A DNA stretch of 17,214 nucleotides from Paraphysomonas bandaiensis (lineage: Eukaryota; Protista; Chrysophyceae): positions 1-17,214 of the forward strand of contig CBFFRP010000567.1 of assembly GCA_965644295.1 (NCBI GenBank). Direction: 5' to 3'. The notes below the pieces were generated by a model. That model saw nothing but the letters and a program-made list of their open reading frames with translations, had not been told where the DNA came from and ran no database searches. Both the position numbers and the translations under genes were made by a program. Shown one piece after another: positions 1 through 8,998 of the stretch. The stretch's first letter is position 1. Every line of letters begins with the position of its first letter.

Positions 1-227
1 GTAAGCAGATGATGTGAAAACAAGAGAAAGCAATCGAACTTAATTATATGTGTTATAATTATGTGAGATATGAAAAGAACAACCTAGACAAAACTTCAAC
101 CATCGTACGTGAAGTGACACCATCGTATGTGTACCTGACTGCATCGTACCTATGTACAAGTACATAAGTACATAAGTACATAGTACGATATGGAATGAAG
201 AGGAGCGACGGAGCTCATACTCCAACT
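1..227 (-). repeat. 3' LTR of Copia-A (last base probably lies just outside the window)
   Basis: Matches 5905-6131; begins AGTTGGAGTATG on the minus strand directly after the PPT. Confidence 0.95.
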
Positions 228-235
228 CCCCCCCT
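228..235 (-). promoter_or_regulatory. Polypurine tract of Copia-A
   Basis: Minus strand AGGGGGGG abuts the 3' LTR. Confidence 0.9.
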
Positions 236-528
236 AGATCCAAAGCTACTCTTCATGACATGAAATGACATGATGAACAACATGATAGATACAACAAAAT
301 AGGAATAGTATCCAATCATGCACAAGATACTGAAAACCCAACAAAAAACCATAATAATGGATAAAAAAAAATGGAAAGCATCTTAGAAATTGTAAAACAT
401 GATATAACAATAATGTGTGCAGAGGACCAGATGGGGCATACCATCTACGAGTCATACACTCCCATTAATGCCATATAATATAGAGAGAACATGTTTCACA
501 ATAACAAGCAGCAACCCATGAAAGAACC

Positions 529-3500
529 TTATAGTAATTTATCGAAAGGTCCCATCAATAGTGAACGCAGCCGACGGAAATCCTTCTTTCGTAACGGCTT
601 GGTAAAAATATCTGCAACATTGTCAGCAGAAGGAACATACTCAAAGACAATAATATTGTTCGTAACAAGTTCACGAATAAAATGATGACGTATCGCAATA
701 TGTTTGGAACGCCTATGAAACACTGGGTTAGCCGCAAGTTTAATAGATGAAGTATTATCAACACGAATGCGTAGCGGACGAGGAACAGTAGAAGACGCTG
801 AGGGTATAGACACAGGACGAGACACCGAAGTGACCATGCTCAATGGTGATTGAAATTCATCAGTGGTTTCATGAAGTGACACACCTTCTTTACTCGAATC
901 ACCCATGCAATAATATTCACTGTCCATTGTTGAAAGAGAGATCGAAGTCTGAAGTTTGGACTTCCAAGCTACAGGACCATTAACATAAAAGAAAACGAAA
1001 CCCGAATGAGACCGACGAGTATCAATGTCATAATTGGCCCAATTAGCATCGGCGTATCCATGCAATGTCGGATGTTCTTCATCTAAACGTCTGTATGTAA
1101 TGCGACAATCTGTTGTACCTTTCAGATACTTAAGAATCTGGAGAACTGCATTCCAATGCTGCCTGCCAGGATTAGACAGAAAACGCGCAACTGTACATAC
1201 AGCAAATGATATGTCAGGACGTGAACATACCATTAAATACATGAGTTTACCCACAACAGTACGATACGGAATAGTTGACATGTATTCACGATCAATATCA
1301 TTATCAGGTGACATACTAGTGGATAAAACAACATGTGCATCCATAGGAACAGGTGATATAGACAATGCATCTGCATTAGGTATACTATTTAAAATATCCT
1401 TAATATAGGTCGCCTGAGAAAGTTGAATGACTCGACGATCGGGAGAAGTATAGATGCGGATGCCTAAAAACCACTCAACAGTTCCAACATCTGTAGTCTG
1501 AAACTTGGAATGAAGAGCTGCACAGATAGTATCGGCAAGAGTCGAAGAAGATGCAGCCAACAGAATATCGTCTACATATACACAGATAATAGCAAATTCG
1601 CCATTCACTGAGTAATAATATACACATGTATCAGACTGACATTGCACAAATTTAATAGATAGCAGAAAACGAGACAACATAAGATTGAACAGTCGACTGG
1701 CCTGTTTGAGACCATAGATAGACTTCAGTAAATGATAACATTTTCCACGAGGAAGTGTAGTCCCTGTAGGAGCATGCATATAACAATCATAGTCAATATC
1801 GGACTGAGGAAAAGCTTTAGGCACATCCAGTTGTCTAGTATACAAGCCATAATAAGCACACAATGCAAGTACGATACGAAGCGTAGAATGTCGAACCACC
1901 GGTGAAAAGGTCTGATCATAATCAACACCATACTTTTGTGTGAAACCTTTAACAACAAGTCGAGCTCTGTAGCGAGTCACATTGCCATCTTTATCTCTTT
2001 TCTTCTTGAACACCCACTTTGTACGTAAAAGATTCGCATTTTCAGGAATATCAACTATATGCCAAGTACCTTGTTTATTTAGACCCTCCAGCTCCTCCTG
2101 CATGGCCTCCAACCATTTATCTTTGTCAGGCGCACGACGCGCTGCAGCATAAGATAAAGGTTCATCAAAAACAGCATACGCAAAATCATGAACATCATAA
2201 TCAGTAGGCGTTGGAGGTGACGGAATCGCTGCCATAAACGAGGGCTCATAGACATGGCACACCATCGCAAGATAAAATAACAAACGCTGAACAGGTGTCC
2301 GGGATCGTGTAGATCTCCGTAATGAAGACGAAACAGCTGAGGACCGCGAAGGAACTGACTGAGTTGCTGAAGACCGAGTAGGAACAGACGTGGCATTTTG
2401 AGAAGATGAATGATTGTCCATCATCGGATTAAAATCATCATTAAGAGCAGTGGATGCCTGATGTGAAGAAGGAACACAAGAATCTGCATCGGAATCGTCA
2501 TTAAGAGAAGTCGGTACAGATGCAGAAGAAGCTTCATCTTCAGTCTCATCATGAAAAGGAGATTCAGCAATATGGAGTTCATCATCAGACTCATCATGGA
2601 GTCGTTCCATACGGGTGAAGGGGGAAATCAATTTCAACGGTGTCTCAATAAACTGAACATCTGTAGTCTCGAGGACCCGTCCAGTGCTAGGGCGATACAC
2701 ACGTAGGGTAGATAAGGAATGAGGATTATACCCAACAAAACGCACAATTTCAGAAGGATTACCCGCCTGAGCTGAAGAATAATGCACATTGTGATAATAA
2801 CATTCAGCACCATATAAATGAAGATACTTAACAGTGGGATGTTGACCATACCATAAGAACCATGGGGTTTGAAAATTGGGCGCTCGTGGAGTTATAGCAT
2901 GAAGTAAGACAGCAAATTCAGCAGATAAATTCCATGTGTGACGAGGAAGACCAGCATAAGTGCGAAGAGTCCTCTCCTTAGTGCCAATTGTACGATTGTC
3001 ACGCTCAATCACTCCACCATAACGCTTGTTTCCCGCAGGACCAACAATATGCCGAATGTCATGCTCAATGCAATACTGTTTGAACTCAGAATTGATAAAC
3101 TCTGTACCTGGATCTGAAACCAACGTAAAGGTAGAAACATTCGCAGGACGTAACTCATTGAGAATAAAAACACGTAGACCATGAAGGAGAGCATCTGATT
3201 TTGCTTTCAAGAAATAAATGAACAAGCGATCCGAAAAATCATCACTGAAAAGCATCCAATATCGAACACCACCAATTCCTTTAGTCGCAAATGGTCCCTT
3301 GAGATCCACATGAATGAGTTGACCACAGTATTGAGAACGGAGACGAGGATGATGACGAATAGACAACTTCGTGGACTTACATAATTTGTCAACCTCACAG
3401 TGCGGGAGTTGCGTGACATCAATACTCTTCCAATGATAAGGAAAACCGAGAAGATGTCCTGCCCGAAGTGCACTGTACAATGTGTTGTACGAGAGGTGAC

Positions 3501-5865
3501 CAAGTTTAATATGAAGAACTAAGAAAGCATACATCGCTTTAGACAATAATTGAGTCTGATCTTGACAAGAATTACGATCGACAACAATATTTGTGTACAC
3601 ATTACGCGCGCGACGCGTTGAAGAAGACGCCTGCCTGTTAGAAGAAGGGGCGATTGTTGCCTGCCTTTTTGTAGAGGGGGCAATAATAGAATAAGAAGCC
3701 TGCCTTTTATTGGGGGCTGTACATTGATACGCCTGCCTTGCCAATGAGGGGGCTGTACCATTTGAATAAGACTGATATGCCTGCCTTGCCAATGAGGGGG
3801 CTGTATCATTTGAATAATTCGCCTCACTATAATGAGAATGGGCGTATACAGCATGACAGCTGTTGTAATAGGCCTTAATGCATTTATGTATAGAAGGGTC
3901 AATTGACTGTACCAAAGGGAAACCAACATTTACGTACGTCGACATGTGCTGAAAATACGGGTCAGACAACTGTGAAAACTGAAAACCGTCCGTATACACA
4001 AAATCACAAACATGTTGAAAAGACGCAAACTGAAAACGGTTGTCGGACAAGACTACATCACCGCCAGAGTCAAATCCAACTGTATCTGCACCATCACACA
4101 ACGACTCAATAACTGTTGGACGCATAATTGACAACGACAAATGAGACACATTCTTAGCCACAGAATCTTTGGACACAGAAAAGGACACAGGTGATACATT
4201 TAGCGGTAAGTGCGCTATCCAATAACGATACCTATATTTAAATAAAATATTAGGAACAGTTGTATCACGAGTATAAAGGGCAAGTTTGTCGCCGTTGTCC
4301 AGATAGTTGAAACGCCAACCCTGCTCCAACATAAGGCCTTCTGACAATAGAGTTTTACCGAGCTCTGGATAATAGGAGACGTTGCCGAAGAAGGACATGT
4401 TCCCAGCACCAGTAGCCTTGAGTCGATGCTTATCTGCAACATATAGATAATGATCTGTATTGGGAGTATATGAAGACAAAACATGTTTGCAATTGGTGAG
4501 ATGATCAAAACATGCACTATCCAAATGTACTTCAATGAAATCAGGTTGTGTAGGAGTAGTATCAGGTGTTGTAGAGGATGACATGTCATATACTGTGTAA
4601 TAAGCATCATACGAATTAGAAGTAATCATGGCAGTGTAATGTGCATCAATATCAGAATCATTAGCAAGCATAGTAGAGGAAATAGAATCATCTGGAGTAT
4701 AGCCATCAAACTCTGGATCATAAGTATGAATTGTATCTGGGTCATCGACGAACGCAACATGACGCGAGCGTGTATCACCACGGCCTGCACCACGACCACG
4801 ACCACTACGACCACCACGTTTGGGAGGACGACCTGGACCTCGACGGGGTGACCTGAAAGCTCCTTGGTTATTGGGAAGAGGTGGGGCTTGATGTCCGGCT
4901 GCGCGCTGTGGTTGGGCATGACGACCATCTGGATTTTGAGGAATCTGCTGACCGGCAACTTTGAGAGCACATTGTGGAGCAAAATGACCACGATTTCCAC
5001 AAAGAATGCAATGAGGACCATGATGATATTTCTGACGTTTCGAGGCAGCAGAGGAATCCTGATTAGAAGGGTTACGATAACAGTCAGACGGCTTATGAAC
5101 AACATGTTTATGACAGTATTTGCAGTAACTCTTCCGTGGCACTTTAGGATCAACCAAGGCAACGGAAGGCTGGTCGGCTAGAATCCTCTCAATTTTAGCT
5201 AGAAGAGCATCAAAAGATAAGCCATCCTTCAGTGCTTGTACGATACTCTTGACGCGCTGATCCCTGGTCGGATCACGAAAACCAGAATATAGCTGATGAA
5301 TCATATCAGCCTCACCAAGACCTTGCTTGAAGGCTGTCGTACGGAGTCGTGTAGCAAAGGTTGCAATGTCCTCATCGGAGCGCTGAGCATCATGGTAGAA
5401 GGCTTTCCTGTCTGCAGCATGCTCACCAGAAGACTTCGCACGATCCACATGAGCAATGAGATTACGCCAAGCAGTGTAACCATCCCCAGGTTGGACATCT
5501 CCGATATGAGCAATACCCGAAGCGTTGTCCATGAAGGCTTTCTGAAGAGAAGCGTAAACGAGACTGTTCTTTTCGTCGTACATTGCTTGTCGCCAAGTGA
5601 TCAATAGTTTGGTCTCCTCTGAAGCGTCATCTGGGGCCGCTGGTACCCTGAGAGAAGACTGGGTAAGAATATCAAGAAGCTTGGCCTGACGAAGGTACTC
5701 CTTAAAACGATGTTCAAAGTGAGGGAAGTCACTGATAGAAGCGGGGTATTGGGGAACCGTCCAATTCTGGACCATCAAGGAGAGATTCTCGAGGTATGTA
5801 GAGAGTCTGTCACAGTCAGCGACAGATAACTCATGAATTGCAGTACTAGCAGGTGGAAGAGGCAT
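529..5865 (-). CDS. Copia Gag-Pol polyprotein (about 1778 aa from the first ATG after the PBS)
   Basis: Zn knuckles CKYCHKHVVHKPSDC and CILCGNRGHFAPQC; protease LDSAC; HIKLGH pre-integrase motif; integrase D (VDLKGP), D (VSDPGTEF), E (IERDNRT); RT KWVFKKK, YRARLVVKGF, LKSIYGLKQA, YVDD; RNase H YADANWA...RSKHIAIRHHFIRE...ADIFTKPL. The track start at 5937 is a TTG inside the LTR; the first ATG is at 5865. Confidence 0.96.
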   Translation of the reverse strand: MPLPPASTAIHELSVADCDRLSTYLENLSLMVQNWTVPQYPASISDFPHFEHRFKEYLRQAKLLDILTQSSLRVPAAPDDASEETKLLITWRQAMYDEKNSLVYASLQKAFMDNASGIAHIGDVQPGDGYTAWRNLIAHVDRAKSSGEHAADRKAFYHDAQRSDEDIATFATRLRTTAFKQGLGEADMIHQLYSGFRDPTRDQRVKSIVQALKDGLSFDALLAKIERILADQPSVALVDPKVPRKSYCKYCHKHVVHKPSDCYRNPSNQDSSAASKRQKYHHGPHCILCGNRGHFAPQCALKVAGQQIPQNPDGRHAQPQRAAGHQAPPLPNNQGAFRSPRRGPGRPPKRGGRSGRGRGAGRGDTRSRHVAFVDDPDTIHTYDPEFDGYTPDDSISSTMLANDSDIDAHYTAMITSNSYDAYYTVYDMSSSTTPDTTPTQPDFIEVHLDSACFDHLTNCKHVLSSYTPNTDHYLYVADKHRLKATGAGNMSFFGNVSYYPELGKTLLSEGLMLEQGWRFNYLDNGDKLALYTRDTTVPNILFKYRYRYWIAHLPLNVSPVSFSVSKDSVAKNVSHLSLSIMRPTVIESLCDGADTVGFDSGGDVVLSDNRFQFASFQHVCDFVYTDGFQFSQLSDPYFQHMSTYVNVGFPLVQSIDPSIHKCIKAYYNSCHAVYAHSHYSEANYSNDTAPSLARQAYQSYSNGTAPSLARQAYQCTAPNKRQASYSIIAPSTKRQATIAPSSNRQASSSTRRARNVYTNIVVDRNSCQDQTQLLSKAMYAFLVLHIKLGHLSYNTLYSALRAGHLLGFPYHWKSIDVTQLPHCEVDKLCKSTKLSIRHHPRLRSQYCGQLIHVDLKGPFATKGIGGVRYWMLFSDDFSDRLFIYFLKAKSDALLHGLRVFILNELRPANVSTFTLVSDPGTEFINSEFKQYCIEHDIRHIVGPAGNKRYGGVIERDNRTIGTKERTLRTYAGLPRHTWNLSAEFAVLLHAITPRAPNFQTPWFLWYGQHPTVKYLHLYGAECYYHNVHYSSAQAGNPSEIVRFVGYNPHSLSTLRVYRPSTGRVLETTDVQFIETPLKLISPFTRMERLHDESDDELHIAESPFHDETEDEASSASVPTSLNDDSDADSCVPSSHQASTALNDDFNPMMDNHSSSQNATSVPTRSSATQSVPSRSSAVSSSLRRSTRSRTPVQRLLFYLAMVCHVYEPSFMAAIPSPPTPTDYDVHDFAYAVFDEPLSYAAARRAPDKDKWLEAMQEELEGLNKQGTWHIVDIPENANLLRTKWVFKKKRDKDGNVTRYRARLVVKGFTQKYGVDYDQTFSPVVRHSTLRIVLALCAYYGLYTRQLDVPKAFPQSDIDYDCYMHAPTGTTLPRGKCYHLLKSIYGLKQASRLFNLMLSRFLLSIKFVQCQSDTCVYYYSVNGEFAIICVYVDDILLAASSSTLADTICAALHSKFQTTDVGTVEWFLGIRIYTSPDRRVIQLSQATYIKDILNSIPNADALSISPVPMDAHVVLSTSMSPDNDIDREYMSTIPYRTVVGKLMYLMVCSRPDISFAVCTVARFLSNPGRQHWNAVLQILKYLKGTTDCRITYRRLDEEHPTLHGYADANWANYDIDTRRSHSGFVFFYVNGPVAWKSKLQTSISLSTMDSEYYCMGDSSKEGVSLHETTDEFQSPLSMVTSVSRPVSIPSASSTVPRPLRIRVDNTSSIKLAANPVFHRRSKHIAIRHHFIRELVTNNIIVFEYVPSADNVADIFTKPLRKKDFRRLRSLLMGPFDKLL
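3625..3815 (-). repeat. Five-unit degenerate repeat GCCCC-Nx-AGGCAGGC in the PR-IN linker
   Basis: Unit starts (minus) 3801, 3753, 3717, 3681, 3651; encodes repeated AP...RQA peptides. Confidence 0.9.
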
Positions 5866-5892
5866 CGGTGAAAGACAAGTAGAACGTGAAGA

Positions 5893-5903
5893 ATCCGCTA
5901 CCA
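5893..5903 (-). promoter_or_regulatory. Primer-binding site, probably for initiator tRNA-Met
   Basis: TGGTAGCGGAT right after the 5' LTR; complementary to a tRNA ending ...UCCGCUACCA, resembling the Ty1 TGGTAGCG PBS; same 11-mer at 7827. Confidence 0.85.
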
Positions 5904-6131
5904 AGTAAGCAGATGATGTGAAAACAAGAGAAAGCAATCGAACTTAATTATATGTGTTATAATTATGTGAGATATGAAAAGAACAACCTAGACAAAACTT
6001 CAACCATCGTACGTGAAGTGACACCATCGTATGTGTACCTGACTGCATCGTACCTATGTACAAGTACATAAGTACATAAGTACATAGTACGATATGGAAT
6101 GAAGAGGAGCGACGGAGCTCATACTCCAACT
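5904..6131 (-). repeat. 5' LTR of Copia-A (228 bp, AGT...ACT ends)
   Basis: Matches 1-227; identity stops at 6131; followed by the PBS; rich in GTAC/CATCGTA motifs. Confidence 0.95.
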
Positions 6132-6368
6132 ATATTGCAATCAATATTATGATAGTCATATAAGAGAAGATCCTTAACTGTATGGTGCAAAATATACGCC
6201 TCTGTATACAAATATCCGGAAAATAAGAAAAAAAGCCTATTTTTGATGTTATTTTCTATTTTTTATGTATCGCCAGCTCAAACAGCACTCTACACCTCTC
6301 CACATGTATGTACAGTACTTCTCCTAATATAGTATATATATCCTATAGTGACAAGAAGAGACAACTGA

Positions 6369-6956
6369 ATGATGAGTGCATACAAAAGTAGGGACATTTA
6401 CCGCTGTTTTTGGAGTCCGGTCGAAGGTGTCCCGAACAAACACGAGTGTAAAATCTGCGGACGTAAACGACAACAGAATATTCGGAATGGATACAACAAT
6501 CTAAAGGATCACACTTTCTCTCATGATGTGTGGGAGGAGACATTGAAGAGGTATTTACGGGCTGTCTGCACCAATGGTCCCATGTTTTTGTTCTGCAGCC
6601 TTCAGACAAGAAGGCGAAAACAATTTATGAGTGGGTGGAGTGGATTGTCGAGGAAAATCTTCCATTAAATTTCTGTGAGAAGAAATTAACTAGAAATAAG
6701 ACTTCTTTGGGTAAGATAACTACAAAAACACTGAAAAAATATATGAGACTGTTGGAACTGAAGCTACGTGATATGTTTAAAGATATATTACCACCAACAT
6801 TTGGTCTAGTCATGGACGGTTGGACGTCGGACTCCCACCACTACAGTGCAATATTTGCAACCTTTTGCGACCGAACCAATACTCCGAATTTATTATTGTT
6901 GTCTTGTAATGTGCAAGAGGATATTGATGACAACACTGTTTTCGATGAAGATCTAC
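6369..6956 (+). pseudogene. hAT-superfamily transposase, N-terminal part; one frameshift, 3'-truncated
   Basis: BED-type finger (CKIC...GYNNLKDHTFSH) in ORF 6369; frame change at the T-run near 6585 into WVEWIVEENLPLNFCE...KTLKKYM...FGLVMDGWT (first catalytic Asp)...YSAIFA; transposase-like sequence stops at about DEDLP (6956). Confidence 0.85.
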
Positions 6957-7196
6957 CACACACAGAAAGGCGGAAGGGCCGGGGGGGCGCTCTATGCCGC
7001 TTAGGCATTTCTTCCTGAGCCAGAAGGGCTCTCGTATCATAATAAAACATTCGTTTTATTATTCTTCCTTTTCACTCTATCTTTAAATATAATTATTATA
7101 GCTTATATAATTATATTAATAATACTATACTTTAAATAAAAATTAATTACTTTATATAATATTAAATAATTATCTTATAATAAAATAAAAATATAG

Positions 7197-7231
7197 TTTT
7201 GGCTTTTTGGCTTTCTGGCTTTTTGGCTTTT
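7197..7231 (+). repeat. Four 8-bp tandem units (TTTGGCTT-like)
   Basis: ttttggctttttggctttctggctttttggctttt. Confidence 0.9.
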
Positions 7232-7286
7232 ATGAAAATTAGAAAAAGTTATAAAATAAAATTTATTATATAGTTTATGTTATAAA

Positions 7287-7385
7287 AAGCCAGTGCCATA
7301 ATGCCAGTTGTGGTGGTGATGATGATGGTGGTGATGATGATGGTGGTGGTGTTGTAACAGTGAAGCCAGTGCCATAATGCCAGTT
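7287..7385 (+). repeat. Direct repeat AAGCCAGTGCCATAATGCCAGTT x2 bracketing a (GGT/GAT)n microsatellite
   Basis: Copies at about 7287 and 7363; GGT/GAT triplets at about 7310-7352. Confidence 0.88.
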
Positions 7386-7546
7386 TCTATTCAAAATATT
7401 TTTTCAAAATAATTTATTCTATTCAAAATATTTTATTCTTTTCAAAATATTTTTTCAAAATATTTTTTCAAAATAATTTATTCTATTCAAAATATTTTTT
7501 CAAAATAATTTTATTCTATTCAAAATATTTTTTCAAAATAATTTAT
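7385..7546 (+). repeat. AT-rich tandem array (TTCTATTCAAAATATTTTTTCAAAATAATTTA-like units)
   Basis: Several degenerate units containing the AAAATATTTT palindrome; cut at 7546 by an LTR. Confidence 0.9.
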
Positions 7547-7826
7547 AGTTGGAGTATGAGCTCCGTCGCTTCTCTTCATTCCTCTTCATTTCATTATGTA
7601 CTGCGTACTTACGTACTTCCACACTGTCCATAGGTACGATCATGTAGGTACATGTACGGTTACACATTGTACATAGGTACGATGATGCGTGCATACGTAC
7701 GATGGTATCAGTTACACGTACGATGGTTGAGTTTGTGTTTAGATAGTCCTTTCTACATCTCACTTAATTATACTATATATAATTATGTTCGATTGCTTCC
7801 TCTCGCTAGCACATCACTTGTTGACT
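7547..7826 (+). repeat. 5' LTR of Copia-B (280 bp, AGTTG...TGACT)
   Basis: Collinear similarity to the reverse complement of 5904-6131, with extra GTAC-rich internal units. Confidence 0.9.
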
Positions 7827-7837
7827 TGGTAGCGGAT
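7827..7837 (+). promoter_or_regulatory. Primer-binding site of Copia-B
   Basis: TGGTAGCGGAT, identical to the Copia-A PBS. Confidence 0.85.
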
Positions 7838-8825
7838 GATTCCGTTTTACCTTCCTTTCTTTCACTATGGCTTGTTGCTTCTTATACAGCCAATATCACG
7901 TAACGTATTCATTGACCCGTTAACGTACTTTTATACGGTTGTCTCGGCTTGTTGTTGACGTTCGTGTGAAGCATTTTTGATTCAGCAGCCTCTGTGCATG
8001 CTTCTATATGCTTCTATGTGGATATACCACTTCATTATATGAAATTAAGGAGATGACAGTGTATACACTAATGCACATGTCCATTCCAGCCAGTCTGATT
8101 TTGATGACTTGTCTCCACCATGTGTGCTGATTTTGACACCTTGAGACGCTTTGTCCGGTGATACACCAGGAGTGGATAGACTTCACGTTGATGGCTGTGA
8201 ATATTCTTTTCTTGACTCGTATTTTGTCTTCTCAGGGAGTCAACCCTGCAGTAAGAGATTGCTTGTTGTGAGTCATATGTTAGCCTCGCACAGCAGTTGT
8301 GTTTGAGAGCATGGATTTTCTTCTCTTTATTCAACGAGATTTATTCCTTGAGTGTTCGACGATGATGAAGTACTTTATCTTATCCACAAGGGTTTCATTG
8401 TGCACCAGTTTGTACTCAAACCTGTCATTCAAAGAGAATGTTGCTCTGTTCACCAGCAGCTTATATATTATGTGGATTTTATTCTCTTCGTCTGCTCCTT
8501 TTCTCTGATGATGTATCAGATGTTGTCATGATGGTTATATACCATATGTTGTGGCTTCGTTGGCGTATTGTATTTTTCAGCCTTCAGTAGAGCATTCCAA
8601 CCATGACATACATGTCTTTATCTATCGTTATATGATGTGTTGTTGAGTATTGATCTCTTCACCGTCTAGTATATGGTTGAAGGAGCTTGTATACCTCCCG
8701 ATGATGATTTGGTTGAGAGAACAGCACCTCCCAATATTGAGTTATCTGTGATGAATCAGATTCATTTGACGTGTCGACAAGCTCCCCGCATAGGGCACAG
8801 CAGTCGGATTCACAGTCATATTATT

Positions 8826-8998
8826 GCCGCTCATTAGCAGGCATCTTATTTTTAAATGGTACAGCCCCCTCATTGGTAAGGCAGGCATATCAGTTCAATG
8901 CCCCTATACAAGGCAGGCATATCATATATTATTATTGCCCCCTATTCATGGCAGGCATATCATATTTTAGCCCCTTATTATAAAAGGCAGGCATATAT
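8826..8998 (+). repeat. Five-unit GCC(C)C-Nx-GCAGGCAT array
   Basis: Unit starts 8826, 8864, 8900, 8937, 8970; unit 2 is nearly identical to a Copia-A unit (AAATGGTACAGCCCCCTCATTGG.AAGGCAGGC). Confidence 0.9.

Larger units (their letters stand above)
1..6131 (-). mobile_element. Full-length Ty1/Copia LTR retrotransposon (Copia-A), apparently intact and recent
   Basis: Direct repeats 1-227 and 5905-6131 read identical by eye; PBS at 5903-5893; PPT at 235-228; one uninterrupted ORF with the Copia order Gag-PR-IN-RT-RH. Confidence 0.97.

Noticed and set aside
40-243. 67-aa ORF and its twin at 5944-6129 (also ORFs 7533-7763 and 7652-7903)
   Set aside because: They lie within LTRs and have no protein features
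491-5607. Many 60-180 aa ORFs overlapping gag-pol on either strand
   Set aside because: Shadow frames of the long Copia ORF with no recognisable motifs
6957-7018. HTERRKGRGGALCRLGISS as the true transposase C-terminus
   Set aside because: Read-through into the inserted GC-rich sequence; most of the hAT catalytic and dimerisation domains are missing
7194-7389. Possible MITE with TAG...CTA ends
   Set aside because: Terminal match is poor, there is no TSD, and the right end is part of the adjacent tandem array
8826-8998. CRISPR-like appearance of conserved units with variable inserts
   Set aside because: Units are degenerate, the variable parts are very short, there are no cas genes, and the context is a eukaryotic retroelement
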